64,000 nt of DNA from a bacterium (lineage in GTDB: Bacteria; SZUA-182; DTGQ01): the NCBI GenBank assembly GCA_040752695.1, contig JBFMGO010000012.1, forward strand, positions 16,737 to 80,736. Direction: 5' to 3'. This document shows, one piece after another, positions 27,806 to 38,547 of this stretch. A program made the position numbers and the translations under genes. Each line of letters opens with the position of its first letter. Positions within the stretch are counted from its first letter, which is position 1. Below the pieces are notes generated by a model that was not told where the DNA came from, did no database searches, and saw nothing but the letters and a program-made list of their open reading frames with translations.

Positions 27806-28675
27806 GTGTGGTTTAAAAGGGAAAATAAACCAAAAGAAAGAATCGAGAATAAAAAGCTGCAAATACCGGAGGGTCTCTGGGTCCGATGCAAAAACTGTAA
27901 AGAAATCATTTATAAAAAAGAGGTCGAAAGAAACTACGACATCTGTCCGAAGTGTCAGTACCATTTCTATATTAATGCAAGGAAAAGACTCTCCCTGCTC
28001 TATGACGATGGGAAATATGCAACCTTCGACGAGCATCTTCAGGCCACGGATCCTCTGAAATTCCGGGACCGGAAAAAATACAAGGACCGGCTTAAAGAGT
28101 ACGCTTCCATCACGGGATCGAAAGACGCCCTGATAAGCAGTGAAGGAACTATTGGAGGGTACCGGCTGGTGATCTGTGCCATGGAGTTTAGCTTCATGGG
28201 AGGAAGCATGGCCTCGGTGGTTGGAGAAAAGATAGTCCGCGGCGCGGAAAAGTGCCTGGCTGAAAAAATTCCGTTTATTACTATCGCCTGCTCCGGAGGA
28301 GCCAGAATGCAGGAGGGAATCATCTCCCTCATGCAGATGGCCAAAACAAGCGCCGTTGTCGGAAAACTGGCTGAGGCTGGGCTGCCGTTTATCTCCATTC
28401 TTACCGATCCAACAACCGGCGGAGTTTCAGCCAGTTTTGCCATGCTGGGAGATATCATCATATCAGAACCCAAAGCCTTAATCGGTTTTGCCGGACAGCG
28501 GGTGATTGAACAGACTATCGGCCAGGAGCTTCCGTCAGGTTTTCAGACAGCGGAATTCCTCCTGACCCACGGGATGATCGATATGATCATTGACCGGAGG
28601 GAAATACGGCCTATGCTGATCAAGATATTGGGTTTCTTTGACCTGAACGGTGCAAAACGCGAGAATAACCGGTGA
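27806..28675 (+). CDS. accD: Acetyl-CoA carboxylase carboxyltransferase beta subunit
   Basis: GLWVRCKNC...CPKC zinc finger, FMGGSM, SGGARMQEG, PTTGGVSAS; start taken at GTG after GGAG. Confidence 0.96.
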   Translation: MWFKRENKPKERIENKKLQIPEGLWVRCKNCKEIIYKKEVERNYDICPKCQYHFYINARKRLSLLYDDGKYATFDEHLQATDPLKFRDRKKYKDRLKEYASITGSKDALISSEGTIGGYRLVICAMEFSFMGGSMASVVGEKIVRGAEKCLAEKIPFITIACSGGARMQEGIISLMQMAKTSAVVGKLAEAGLPFISILTDPTTGGVSASFAMLGDIIISEPKALIGFAGQRVIEQTIGQELPSGFQTAEFLLTHGMIDMIIDRREIRPMLIKILGFFDLNGAKRENNR

Positions 28676-28803
28676 CCGGGCGTCAGGGGTCTGGAATCCG
28701 GCGTCAGGAGTCAGAAAGCCGTGACCAGACATTGGGATGACCAGGCACTCAGCACATGGTATTCAGCACCCCGTATCCAGTAATCAGTCTTTAGAAAAAC
28801 AAT

Positions 28804-30117
28804 ATGATACCATATGAACAGACGATAAAATATCTTTATGACTTGCAGCCGATCGGGATCAAGTTTGGCCTCCACAATACGCTCTGTTTGCTGAACTATT
28901 TTCATAATCCACACGAGAAAATCAGGACTATCCATGTGGCTGGCACCAACGGCAAGGGCTCTACCTGTTCCATGATTGCCTCTGTCCTGCAGGCAGCCGG
29001 GTACAGAGTGGGATTGTATACCTCGCCGCATCTTGTCGATTTCACCGAGCGCATTTCCATCAACGGTCTTCGGATCGCCCGGTTGGAAGTAGTGCGTTTG
29101 ACTGAAAGGATACAAGAGGCAATTGCAGCAGGGGATTTCGAATCAGGTCATCCGACCTTTTTCGAGGTGGTAACGGTCATGGCCCTGGCCTATTTTCAGG
29201 AGCAGCAAGTCGATTTTGCCATTATGGAGGTAGGCATGGGGGGCAGGCTGGACGCTACCAATGTCATTGAGCCCCTGCTTGGCATTATTACCAATATTGA
29301 TCTGGACCATCAGCAATATCTGGGTAATTCGCTTTTAGATATTGCCCGCGAAAAAGCGGGGATTATCAAAAAGGGTATGCCTTTAGTCACCGGAGTTCAG
29401 CAGCCGGAGGTTATGGAACTCTTATCTGATATCTGTCTGGAGAGGGGGGCTGTCCTGATCCCGGTACCTTTATCGTCATCTTCCCTTACCCGGCCCTTAA
29501 GTCAGAGTCTTGCGGGTCAAAGCTTCGAGATTGTCTGGCCTGATGAGCCATCGCAGCAGTTTTCGATCTCCCTGATCGGGGAGCATCAGATCCAGAATGC
29601 CCTGGTAGCCCTCCGTGCAATACAGGTCCTGAGCCGGATGCTGCCGGGAGGAATATTACTGTCGCAGATCACCGAGGGCATGTCCCGTGCCCGGTGGCCG
29701 GGGAGGGCTGAAAGTTATCCCGGTGTGCCCCCCGTCATGGTGGATGGTGCTCATAATCCTGCCGGTGCACGGCGGTTGGCCTGTCTATTGAAGGGACTGG
29801 GATTTCCCCGGCTCATTCTGGTTCTCGGCATCATGAAAGACAAGGAGATCGCCGGGATCTGCCAGGAACTGGTTCCGCTCGCTTCACGGGTTGTCCTGAC
29901 CAGGCCCTCCATTGCCCGTGCCTCATCACCCGAAGAGATCCTGGACATTATAACCTCCCGCTGTCTGGTATCGGACCGGGAAAGTATCAGTATTACCGAG
30001 AGTATTCCCGAAGCTATCACCCTGGCCAGGACAGTGGCCCATCCCAAGGATCTCATCTGCGTTACCGGCTCACTCTTCACTGTCGGGGAGGCCAAGGTAT
30101 TCCTGGATGCGCGGTAA
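28804..30117 (+). CDS. folC: Folylpolyglutamate/dihydrofolate synthase
   Basis: HVAGTNGKGST, YTSPHL, EVGMGGRLDATNV, DGAHN. Confidence 0.96.
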   Translation: MIPYEQTIKYLYDLQPIGIKFGLHNTLCLLNYFHNPHEKIRTIHVAGTNGKGSTCSMIASVLQAAGYRVGLYTSPHLVDFTERISINGLRIARLEVVRLTERIQEAIAAGDFESGHPTFFEVVTVMALAYFQEQQVDFAIMEVGMGGRLDATNVIEPLLGIITNIDLDHQQYLGNSLLDIAREKAGIIKKGMPLVTGVQQPEVMELLSDICLERGAVLIPVPLSSSSLTRPLSQSLAGQSFEIVWPDEPSQQFSISLIGEHQIQNALVALRAIQVLSRMLPGGILLSQITEGMSRARWPGRAESYPGVPPVMVDGAHNPAGARRLACLLKGLGFPRLILVLGIMKDKEIAGICQELVPLASRVVLTRPSIARASSPEEILDIITSRCLVSDRESISITESIPEAITLARTVAHPKDLICVTGSLFTVGEAKVFLDAR

Positions 30118-32323
30118 ACAGAGTGTTCTGATTCTGGTTCTGTGTCTTTATGCCTTTTCCTCTTTTGGATTTGCTCTGGAAATGCCGCTGGATGGAGAAA
30201 TCCATATTCTGGCCGATCACCTGGAATATGACCAACAGACGGAGCGGCTCAAAGGGCACGGGAATGTCAGGGTCCAGTATGGAGAGCTGACATTCACCTC
30301 GGATGAAATCGACTTTTCGATACCCGATGGGCTTGTTCTGGCTTATGGAGACGTCCAGCTCTCCCCTGACAGCCGCTATCAGATACAGAGCGATTCTTTG
30401 CGGTTTGACACTGCATCCCGGCTTTTCAGCGTTCAAAACAGCCGGGTCTTCATGGAGCCTTCCTACTCTTTCACTGCCCGGCAAATCGTACAGACTTCTG
30501 AGAGGGAGATCGTCGTCAGCCGTGCTTCCTATACTGCCTGTGATTCAGAATCTCCTGCCTGGAGGATTTCATGCTCCAGAGGGACAGTCGAACTGGGGCA
30601 GTCAGCTAAAATGAAAAATATTGTCTTTCGCGTCAAGGATACTCCCCTGCTCTATTTGCCTTATTTCTGGTTTCCAGTCAATCAGGAGAAGGCAGCGGGG
30701 TTTTTGACCCCTGATCTGGGACAATCCAGCGGGCTGGGATACTATATCCAGAACTACTTTTATTGGCCGATCCGGGACTGGACCGACATTTTATTTCCCC
30801 TTGATTACTATGAAAAACGAGGAGTCGGCGCAGGGCTTGAATACCGCTATGCACTGAGCGAATCGGATTTCGGCCACCTGCGGGCTTATGGGATTTGGGA
30901 CAGGCAGGAGAGCAGACAAAGGGGAGATGTATCCTTGCAGCTTCAGCAGTCTTTTGCCGTCCACTCTCGCGGCGTGGCCGATGTAACTGCCATGAGCGAT
31001 GATGATTATTACCGGGATTTCCGGCAGGAAACCTCCAAACGCTACAGTCAATTCCTGCAATCGCGGGCTTTTGTGGAAACGACGGCCGATCCCTGGAATA
31101 GCCGGGTTCTGGCTGATTCCACGACCTATCTGCAGGAAGGCCCGAATATCTTAAAGACCCCCGAGGTCGATCTTTCCAGCAGGATTCAATCCTTCGGCAA
31201 TCTTCCCCTTTTTTTGCAATGGGAGTCATCCTGGGCACATTTACAGATAAAGGATGCCAACCGAAGAACCCTGCAAGCCCAGAGAGTCGATTTTGCTCCG
31301 CGGTTTTTCTCTCCTCTCTCCGGACGCTATCTCACCCTGGCCCCTTCTTTTTATTACCGGAAGACCTGCTATTATCAGCAGGATGAACAGGAGGGGACGA
31401 TGGGCAAAGACCTATACGGTGCCGGACTGGACCTTGCGGGGCCGAAGTTTTACCGGAGATACTACAGCCGGATGGGCCACATTTTTTACCCCCGGATAAA
31501 CCTGACCTGCGAGACCCTGAACCAGGATGAGGAATACGACGGGAGCGGCCTTAGGGAAGAAAAAAACCTAGCCGCTGTCGGAGTGGATCACCTCGATCGG
31601 CTGAAGGAGAATCGTGATGTCACACTCTCCCTGATCAACCGGGTATGGGAGAAGGGAACCGACAGCGAGCAGAGCCAGATTCATGCCGGGCTCAATGGCC
31701 GGGAAAGCACAGTCAGCGGCCAGGAGCGATTGAGCCTGATTATCAGCCAGAAATACAGTTTTCAAAGGGAACTTTTGCCCTATCAGAAAGAGCAGGGGCA
31801 AAAGAGGAGGGATGGATTCACTGACTTTGAGGTCGAAGCCTCCTTATTTCCCTTTCATACGAGAAATACGAACCGGTTCGAGATGAAATACCGTTACGAC
31901 CTGGATATCGGGCGGACAAGATTGATGAATTTTCAGTGGTCTTACGGGTTCTTTCAAACCCTTTTTAATCTTGGCTGGAGATACAGCAGGCTGGATGACC
32001 CTGATGAAGGATACCAGGATGCCTACGGTCAAAGCCAGGATGCAGACAGCCAGAACCAGGATGCCGATGGCCTGGATCAAAATATCAGCATTCTTCAAGG
32101 AGACTGGCAATCCCCCTTGTCTTTTTACCCCTTGTCTTCCCGGTGGATCGCAAGAGTGGCCTTCTATTACGATCTGAAGAGTGGGATTGCGGTAGAGAAC
32201 CAATATGGCCTGACCTACGAGGGAGGGTGCTGGTCCATCCAGATGGAATACTCCCATCGCTTTGACGGCCAGAGATGGAATGTAAAGATCACCCTGGAAT
32301 CCTTAGGTGAAGTGGGGCTTTAG
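30107..32323 (+). CDS. lptD: LPS-assembly outer membrane protein LptD
   Basis: Signal peptide, OstA-like N-terminus, YTAC..PAW, PLLYLPY, GFLTP, C-terminal GCW; follows folC. Confidence 0.8.
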   Translation: MRGKQSVLILVLCLYAFSSFGFALEMPLDGEIHILADHLEYDQQTERLKGHGNVRVQYGELTFTSDEIDFSIPDGLVLAYGDVQLSPDSRYQIQSDSLRFDTASRLFSVQNSRVFMEPSYSFTARQIVQTSEREIVVSRASYTACDSESPAWRISCSRGTVELGQSAKMKNIVFRVKDTPLLYLPYFWFPVNQEKAAGFLTPDLGQSSGLGYYIQNYFYWPIRDWTDILFPLDYYEKRGVGAGLEYRYALSESDFGHLRAYGIWDRQESRQRGDVSLQLQQSFAVHSRGVADVTAMSDDDYYRDFRQETSKRYSQFLQSRAFVETTADPWNSRVLADSTTYLQEGPNILKTPEVDLSSRIQSFGNLPLFLQWESSWAHLQIKDANRRTLQAQRVDFAPRFFSPLSGRYLTLAPSFYYRKTCYYQQDEQEGTMGKDLYGAGLDLAGPKFYRRYYSRMGHIFYPRINLTCETLNQDEEYDGSGLREEKNLAAVGVDHLDRLKENRDVTLSLINRVWEKGTDSEQSQIHAGLNGRESTVSGQERLSLIISQKYSFQRELLPYQKEQGQKRRDGFTDFEVEASLFPFHTRNTNRFEMKYRYDLDIGRTRLMNFQWSYGFFQTLFNLGWRYSRLDDPDEGYQDAYGQSQDADSQNQDADGLDQNISILQGDWQSPLSFYPLSSRWIARVAFYYDLKSGIAVENQYGLTYEGGCWSIQMEYSHRFDGQRWNVKITLESLGEVGL

Positions 32324-32325
32324 AA

Positions 32326-32362
32326 GCCTATCCAAACATAGATTTCTCATATTGGGGATAGG
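32326..32362. repeat. GCCTATCC...GGATAGGC inverted repeat after lptD
   Basis: 8-bp arms; related arms at 38844-38908. Confidence 0.5.
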
Positions 32363-32619
32363 CATTTATAACCTTCAAGTATGGCGTCAAGCATACCCTT
32401 TGAGTTCGCCGGTGGGATAACTTCCCAAGAATAACCGCTCAGGGGCTTTTTCAGTTGCACAAGGCTCTCAGGTATGATAATTAATGCATATGGTTATGGA
32501 GCGTAATTGCCTGATAGGGGTAGGCCGGTTTCGTTTCAATGGAGAATTTGAAAGATGCAGCCATAACCAGAAAAACCCGCATCTTGTAACTTGCAACTTT
32601 ACAGTAAAGGGCCTTTCAA

Positions 32620-33135
32620 ATGAATACTGAGGTGATTTTGGTTATTGATATGGTTAAGGGGTTTTTCCAGGATAATTTTCCACTCTACTATGGGGATAAA
32701 GTGAGGGAGAGTATTCCCTCTGTAGTGGACTTCCTGAAAACGCATCCTGAATTTCCGATTATTTACCCTTGTGACCATCATGCTGAAGACGACAAGGAGT
32801 TTCAGATGTTTCCTCCCCACTGTGTTGAAGGAACAGAAGAAACGGAGCTGATTGATGAGTTGAGGCCCTTTCCTGGTATTATCTTACCTAAAACCAGATT
32901 CAATGCTCTTTACCAAACCGGTCTTGAGGATATTTTACAGAAATTAGGGGTTGATACCGTAACGATCATGGGGGTATGCACTGATACCTGCGTTTTTTTT
33001 ACGGCAGCGGGCCTGCGGGATCGGGATTACACAGTCCGGGTGCCGGCTCATGGAGTGTCTTCCTTCAGCAGCCCTGAAGTTCAGCTTTTTGCTTTGAAGC
33101 AGATGGAAACCATATTGGGAGTGAAGATCATATAG
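32620..33135 (+). CDS. Isochorismatase/nicotinamidase-family cysteine hydrolase
   Basis: VIDM, DHH, PPHCVEGT, KTRF, GVCTDTCV. Confidence 0.88.
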   Translation: MNTEVILVIDMVKGFFQDNFPLYYGDKVRESIPSVVDFLKTHPEFPIIYPCDHHAEDDKEFQMFPPHCVEGTEETELIDELRPFPGIILPKTRFNALYQTGLEDILQKLGVDTVTIMGVCTDTCVFFTAAGLRDRDYTVRVPAHGVSSFSSPEVQLFALKQMETILGVKII

Positions 33136-33220
33136 AGCGGCCCGCGGTAAGGAGCAGGGCCATCACAATGCGTACCAGGGAACTTGCCCGGAGCATATCC
33201 CAAAAGAGGTTTTTATGGTA

Positions 33221-33265
33221 AAAATCCCCCCATCCCCCTTTGAAAAGAGGGGAGTGAGGTATTTT
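33221..33265. repeat. CCCCCTTT...GGGG palindromic intergenic element (second copy at 52331-52365)
   Basis: AAAATCCCC-n-CCCCCTTT-n-AAAG(A/G)GGGGAGT is shared by both copies. Confidence 0.55.
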
Positions 33266-33312
33266 GGACTTTTACCTGAAGAAGCATACACCATCTGGGG
33301 ACAAGGAGAAAA

Positions 33313-33558
33313 ATGGCTGAAAAGAATAGCCAGGAATGGATAGAAATATACACCACCACAAGTGAATACGAAGCGAACATTATCAAGGGACTCCTGGAGT
33401 CCGAAGGGGTTTTTTGTCTTTTGAAATCTTTCCGAGTAGCCCAATTCCCCTTTGATATCGGGCATCTGGGGGAAGTTAAAATCATGGTCCCTCTGATCGA
33501 AATGGAAAAAGGAAAGCAGATACTCCGGGATCACCTCATGGATCAGAGGGAGAGCTGA
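33313..33558 (+). CDS. DUF2007 / putative signal-transducing small protein
   Basis: EANIIKGLLESEGV...GEVKIMVP pattern; RBS AAGGAG. Confidence 0.75.
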   Translation: MAEKNSQEWIEIYTTTSEYEANIIKGLLESEGVFCLLKSFRVAQFPFDIGHLGEVKIMVPLIEMEKGKQILRDHLMDQRES

Positions 33559-34934
33559 GTCTTTTCTCCCCGTGACGTATCAGCCTTCTTCCCGGTCAGG
33601 AAGTCCTCTTCATCGAGAACCTGCCTAAAAAGAGGGGAGAGGAGATGGATGAAATATTTAATGACCTGGTTTTTATTGAATTCACCAAGGTCACAAAGAT
33701 GGCGGCAGGCTGCTGAGCCGAAAATCTCGCCCTTAAGCAGGTCATCTACGAAATTCTTGAAAGCCCTGATCGTATCGTCTGCCTTGAGGCCGGTGAGAGC
33801 ATCAGAACAGCCACATACCTTATCGGCTGCGTAAGAACGCACTTTCATGGTCTGCTCTGCACTGAGCAGGCTCCTGACCTTATCCTCAATCACCTGCCGG
33901 CTGCACGTGGGTACCACGACAAAAGGGAACAGAGCCAGATATTCGAGCTTGGCGCCAAGCTGAAGGTTAATGCTGGCGATTGTCTGGACCGTGATGGATG
34001 AATCATCCTGTATCTGTTTTGAAATCAGGGAATAGAGATAGAGAGCCAGAAGATACCCTACCTGAAAATGAGGGTGCCGATCCAGCATCAAAGAGCGCAG
34101 CACTCCGCTGATGCCGATCAGTGATCGGGCAGCGGTTTTTTCCCCAATATCCAGGTCTTTCAAATGAATACCTAAAAACTGACATTGCAAAGAGAGCATC
34201 TTCTCCATGATACTGCTGGAGGAAATATCGGTCCGGCTGCCGCTCGATCCATCTTCCCTGAGGACATCACGGCTTTTGGCCAGTTGCTCAAAGAGAAAAC
34301 CTTCCATATCTCCCAGACGAAAGTATTCCTTTGAAGATGCAATAATGCTCTCCTCAAGGGGAAAGGGATCGGGGAGATAGCTGGAAATTTCAGTATCAAA
34401 AATATCATATACCTTTTCGACAATGGGATTGTCTCCGATTTCCTGAAAAAAATTTTCACTCCTGATATTGCCCTGAAAGTGTTCACTGGTAGTAAACGGG
34501 CATAAAAGGCCCACGCGCACGATAGGTCTCCCCTGAACCCGGCCGCAGACCTGGTAGGGGAAAATTCTGCACTGAAGCGGCTTTTCGGCCCTTTCGTTTT
34601 CCTTCTCAATCTGGCAAAGGTATTGATGATTGAGGAAAAAACACTTTGGCTCATGATTAATGAGAAAGATGTATTTCCCCTGGTCTATGGCAAAATGAGA
34701 AAGTAAAGGGTTTTTTCGTTTCAGGTTGATCCATTCCGTGCCATGCATAACGGCGGTTCCATACCCGCCCCGACAACAGGCGGCCTTGCAGGAGAAGCAA
34801 TCATAGTTAAGCGCACCATCAAGAAGAGGGAAGAAGGGCTTTGGCGGTGTCATCATCGGAGTCATCATAGGTCTACCTTTTACATTTTTCTCGTGTGAGC
34901 GTTTCATGTTCCGTTCTGGATTCTCAGGCTTCAT
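33543..34934 (-). CDS. YkgJ/FliB-like cysteine-cluster protein with long C-terminal extension
   Basis: YDCFSCKAACCR, CFFL, LCQI, KPLQCRIFPY. Confidence 0.75.
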   Translation of the reverse strand: MKPENPERNMKRSHEKNVKGRPMMTPMMTPPKPFFPLLDGALNYDCFSCKAACCRGGYGTAVMHGTEWINLKRKNPLLSHFAIDQGKYIFLINHEPKCFFLNHQYLCQIEKENERAEKPLQCRIFPYQVCGRVQGRPIVRVGLLCPFTTSEHFQGNIRSENFFQEIGDNPIVEKVYDIFDTEISSYLPDPFPLEESIIASSKEYFRLGDMEGFLFEQLAKSRDVLREDGSSGSRTDISSSSIMEKMLSLQCQFLGIHLKDLDIGEKTAARSLIGISGVLRSLMLDRHPHFQVGYLLALYLYSLISKQIQDDSSITVQTIASINLQLGAKLEYLALFPFVVVPTCSRQVIEDKVRSLLSAEQTMKVRSYAADKVCGCSDALTGLKADDTIRAFKNFVDDLLKGEIFGSAACRHLCDLGEFNKNQVIKYFIHLLSPLFRQVLDEEDFLTGKKADTSRGEKTQLSL

Positions 34935-35190
34935 TCAGGCTTTTCACATCTGTCTGGAATTTCTTATCTTCGCTTTTCAGACTTGGTTTTTGCTCCTTAC
35001 CTATTTATTCGGCTTAGGGAGCCCTGCGGGAAGGAAAACTTTTTGAATGGGAATATAAAACCGGGCAGTTGGCGGTCTTTTTTCACTTTCGACCCTCTCC
35101 CTCGCCGGAAGAGGGAGAGGGGTCTAAAGTGTGTGGGTGGAGTTGGTTTTTTCCGTTAACCACGTGTCGGAATCTTATGAGCACATATGC

Positions 35191-35991
35191 TTAGATAACC
35201 GGAGTTGACAGAACCAGATTGATGGTTCCTGTCTCGACGACTGCACTGCTGCCGAGGTTGATGAGGGTATAGGTTCCACCCATCGTTGTCGTAGAGGTCA
35301 GGAGGCCATTGATATCGAGCTCAAAAGTCTGGCTGCCTATGCCGAGGCCGGTACCGGAAACGAGGACTTGTCCGTTCAATGAAGTCCCGACAACCGGAAT
35401 CGAAATTCCCAGGGTATAATTCGTCAGCAGTTGGGCAGTTCCGGAAAGGGCCAGGGTCACAGGGTCTTCTACCAGGTTCAGGGTCATGGGGCCGGAATAG
35501 ATATTATTGGACCACAGGCCTTGCCAGTAGCCAGCCTGTTCGGCAGCAGCAGGAGCTGCAGGAGAACTGAACAGACCGGGGAAAAGAGAGTTATACAATC
35601 CGGCCACTCCCAGCAGCGGAGCAAGCTGGAGGAATGGTACCTGATAGCTTAATCCTGTCCCCGTATCGATAGGAAAGTACATATTCTGAAGCCCAAAGGG
35701 ATTCATCGCGCCACCGTACATTCCGTACATTCCGTACATTCCATACATGCCGCCATACATGCCGCCATAGAGGCCACCATATAATCCCATGCCGTATAAT
35801 CCCATCATACTACCGTAAAGGCCGCCATAAAGGCCACCACCGTAGAGGCCGCTGTAACCGCCATAGAGGCCGCCATACAATCCCATGCCGTACAGCCCGC
35901 CATAATACGCATTTGCCGTTCCATAGGATAAAGTAAAAGTAAGCAGACACAGAAAGCTTATGATTAAGGTTTTTCCTTTTGAAAGTTGCAT
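35191..35991 (-). CDS. Secreted Gly/Tyr-rich GGLY/GMY-repeat protein with C-terminal beta-rich domain (paralog 2)
   Basis: Signal peptide ending TANA; mature start YYGGLYG; C-terminal domain aligns with 12884-13753. Confidence 0.85.
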   Translation of the reverse strand: MQLSKGKTLIISFLCLLTFTLSYGTANAYYGGLYGMGLYGGLYGGYSGLYGGGLYGGLYGSMMGLYGMGLYGGLYGGMYGGMYGMYGMYGMYGGAMNPFGLQNMYFPIDTGTGLSYQVPFLQLAPLLGVAGLYNSLFPGLFSSPAAPAAAEQAGYWQGLWSNNIYSGPMTLNLVEDPVTLALSGTAQLLTNYTLGISIPVVGTSLNGQVLVSGTGLGIGSQTFELDINGLLTSTTTMGGTYTLINLGSSAVVETGTINLVLSTPVI

Positions 35992-36814
35992 GATTCTCTT
36001 TCCTCTTCCCCCCGAAGATTGTTTTGGCTTATTGAGCTCGCAAAAGAATAATAAAAAACTGCCTCTTTAAATGTATTGTCTCACCTCCCAACCCTGTCTT
36101 TATGAGCAATGCTCCTTCTAAGAGTGCAAAAACAGCCGTTTTACATCAGCCGTCCAGATTGAAATAAGCAAAGAAGCCAATCCAATGATCGTGGTAGAAG
36201 AAGCCAGTCCGAAAACGGATCGAGGGAATGTGACCTTGGAAAAAATTGCATCGCCGGTGGTAAAATTTTTCAGCCCGAAGGGGAACGCCATTTTTTTGAA
36301 GAACATAAGGAGAGGGAGAAGAACATAAGAAGAGGGGAAGGAGAAGTGAAAAAGGAGAAGTGAAAAGGGAATGCCAGCAGCCGAAGGTAAGCTGTTTTTG
36401 TCCTCTTGGTAATACCTCATATACCTTGAAGATGTAGTATGATAAGGCGGTTTATTCTTTATTCTCCCATAATTATTCCCCTCGATTATGTCAATTCATA
36501 CGTGCCAATTCACATAAGGGAACTGGATTTTTACTTCCTCTGCCGGGGTTGAAGCAATTTTCGTGCTGAAGGAGGTGAAAATATTCTTTTGCCCGAAGAA
36601 AAATCCTAACCTCTTGTTTTAAAGTTTGTTACTGTGATGCAGCAAGATGAACTCACCGCAGTTGGACCCCACCCTGGAGGTGAGCCTCCATACATTCTAT
36701 GAGGTTATCCATATCTTGTATGGAGACCGCATCGCCAGTGATAAAGATGACGCCCGCTGCTTTTTTCATCATATAAGCAGTTGAGATGCTAACCAATTAT
36801 AATCCCTGTTAAAA

Positions 36815-36843
36815 TTGACTGTACTTGCGGTTTCATCTATAAT
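36815..36843 (+). promoter_or_regulatory. Sigma-70 promoter
   Basis: TTGACT-17 nt-TATAAT. Confidence 0.75.
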
Positions 36844-36874
36844 GGAGTCTACTTTTGGAAAGGAGCAAAATTTT

Positions 36875-37891
36875 ATGGAGCTAAAGCATGTAAGTAAGTT
36901 ATGGGAGAAAGGTGTTCGTTTTCTGGGGACAAAATACGCTATCCTTTGTGGGGCTATGACCTGGGTCAGTGAGCCTCATCTCGTCTCGGCGGTTTCGAAT
37001 AACGGCGGTTTTGGAGTTCTGGCCGGTGGCAATATGCAGGTAGATATGCTCGGTAATCAAATCGAGACTACGCGAAATCTTACCCGAAAACCCTTTGGGG
37101 TAAATCTGATTACCATTGCCCCTAATTTCGAGAAGCACGTGGATCTGGTTGCTCAGGAGAGATTAAGCCACGTCATCTTTGCCGGAGCTATCCCTCCGGA
37201 CAGGGCCATTGCTCAGGTTAAGGAGAGCGGAAGCAAGGTCATCTGCTTTGCCAGCACTCTGGCACTGGCCAAGAAGATGATCAAGGGAGGGGCTGATGCC
37301 CTGATCCTCGAGGGAAACGAGGCAGGAGGGCATATCGGTCCCGTCTCCACTACCGTCCTGGCTCAGGAAATCCTGCTGCACGTCCGGGAAGTGCCGGTGT
37401 TTGTCGCGGGTGGCATCGGTACCGGGGAAATGATTGCCCAATACCTTCTGATGGGGGCCTCAGGATGCCAGTTGGGTACCCGCTTCGCTGTGGCCGAGGA
37501 GTCCGTTGCTCATCCTGAGTTTAAGAAAAAGCTGATTCACTCCAGTGCCCGCGATGCTCAGCAGACCTACCAGTTTGACCCCTTTCTCCCTGTTGTCCCT
37601 GTGCGCGCCATTGTCAACAGCGCAACCAAAAGGTTTAACCAGCTTCAACTCAACCTCTTGAAAGAACTGGAAGAGGGGCAGATTGACCGAAAATCGGCTC
37701 AGATGAAGCTGGAGGAATTCTGGATTGGAGCCCTTAGAAGCGCCGTGATCGATGGGGATGTGGAGAATGGATCGGTCATGGCCGGCCAGAGTGTGGCCTT
37801 TGTTAAAAAAGTGCAGTCAGTTCAGGAGATTATCCAGGAACTGGTCGATGATGCGGAAGATAAACTGGCTTCGCTGTATGAAGGAACTTAA
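36875..37891 (+). CDS. FabK / nitronate monooxygenase family flavoprotein
   Basis: GAMTWVS, KPFGVN, EGNEAGGHIG, VAGGI, QLGTRF, MAGQS; RBS AAGGAG. Confidence 0.88.
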   Translation: MELKHVSKLWEKGVRFLGTKYAILCGAMTWVSEPHLVSAVSNNGGFGVLAGGNMQVDMLGNQIETTRNLTRKPFGVNLITIAPNFEKHVDLVAQERLSHVIFAGAIPPDRAIAQVKESGSKVICFASTLALAKKMIKGGADALILEGNEAGGHIGPVSTTVLAQEILLHVREVPVFVAGGIGTGEMIAQYLLMGASGCQLGTRFAVAEESVAHPEFKKKLIHSSARDAQQTYQFDPFLPVVPVRAIVNSATKRFNQLQLNLLKELEEGQIDRKSAQMKLEEFWIGALRSAVIDGDVENGSVMAGQSVAFVKKVQSVQEIIQELVDDAEDKLASLYEGT

Positions 37892-38326
37892 AAAGTAAAT
37901 TGCCTCCGCTGCACGGATGAGCGGAAAAAAACCAAACTGGTTTCACTGCATGGATTAAATGGGCGAAAGAGGAAAAAGGGAGGGGAGAATCTACCCCCCC
38001 CCTCGTTTTTTCCTTTGCCGCAGCTTCATCCTTCCCTCTTTTTCCTTAAAAAGATTCTCCAGATTTCCTCCTTTCCGCACCCGGGGCTTACGTGATACCC
38101 TTTTGTGCTTTCCTTCCCTGAAATCGGATTTTTATTTCTTCCCTTGTATTCCTGCCATATATGTATTCCTGCCACATATTCACTTTCGGTTATATTCTTT
38201 TAATAACTTTATCTGTATATATTTTTTTCTAATTCTTCTTTTCATTATAATTTAAAGAGATAATGAATGTATAATCGTTCAGATAATCATTATTTAATCT
38301 TATCTCAACTTTTTTTTATATATATT

Positions 38327-38355
38327 TTGACTATTAGATGGATTGATGGTATAAT
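38327..38355 (+). promoter_or_regulatory. Sigma-70 promoter about 580 nt upstream of the lipoprotein gene
   Basis: TTGACT-17 nt-TATAAT in an AT-rich tract. Confidence 0.7.
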
Positions 38356-38547
38356 AATATTCATAAAAGCTTATATTATGGATTTAAAACCAAAATATTA
38401 AATTTTATAAATGATAAAGATAAGTGTATGGATTATCATAGTAGTTCTCTCTGGAAATCGCGCTCACTAGATGGTCAGTTGGTTTTACTGACTTTTATTA
38501 CCCTGTTAGCATTTGATTTATTACCCAGTTACCCAATTACCCAATAT

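Noticed and set aside
36118..36420. 100-aa ORF upstream of GGLY gene 2
   Set aside because: Low-complexity pyrimidine-rich translation, weak RBS and no recognisable motif; cannot support it as a gene
36490..36570. Sigma-54 promoter for GGLY gene 2
   Set aside because: Only half matches on the minus strand: TGGCACG lacks the -12 GC, and CAGCACGAAAATTGC lacks the -24 GG
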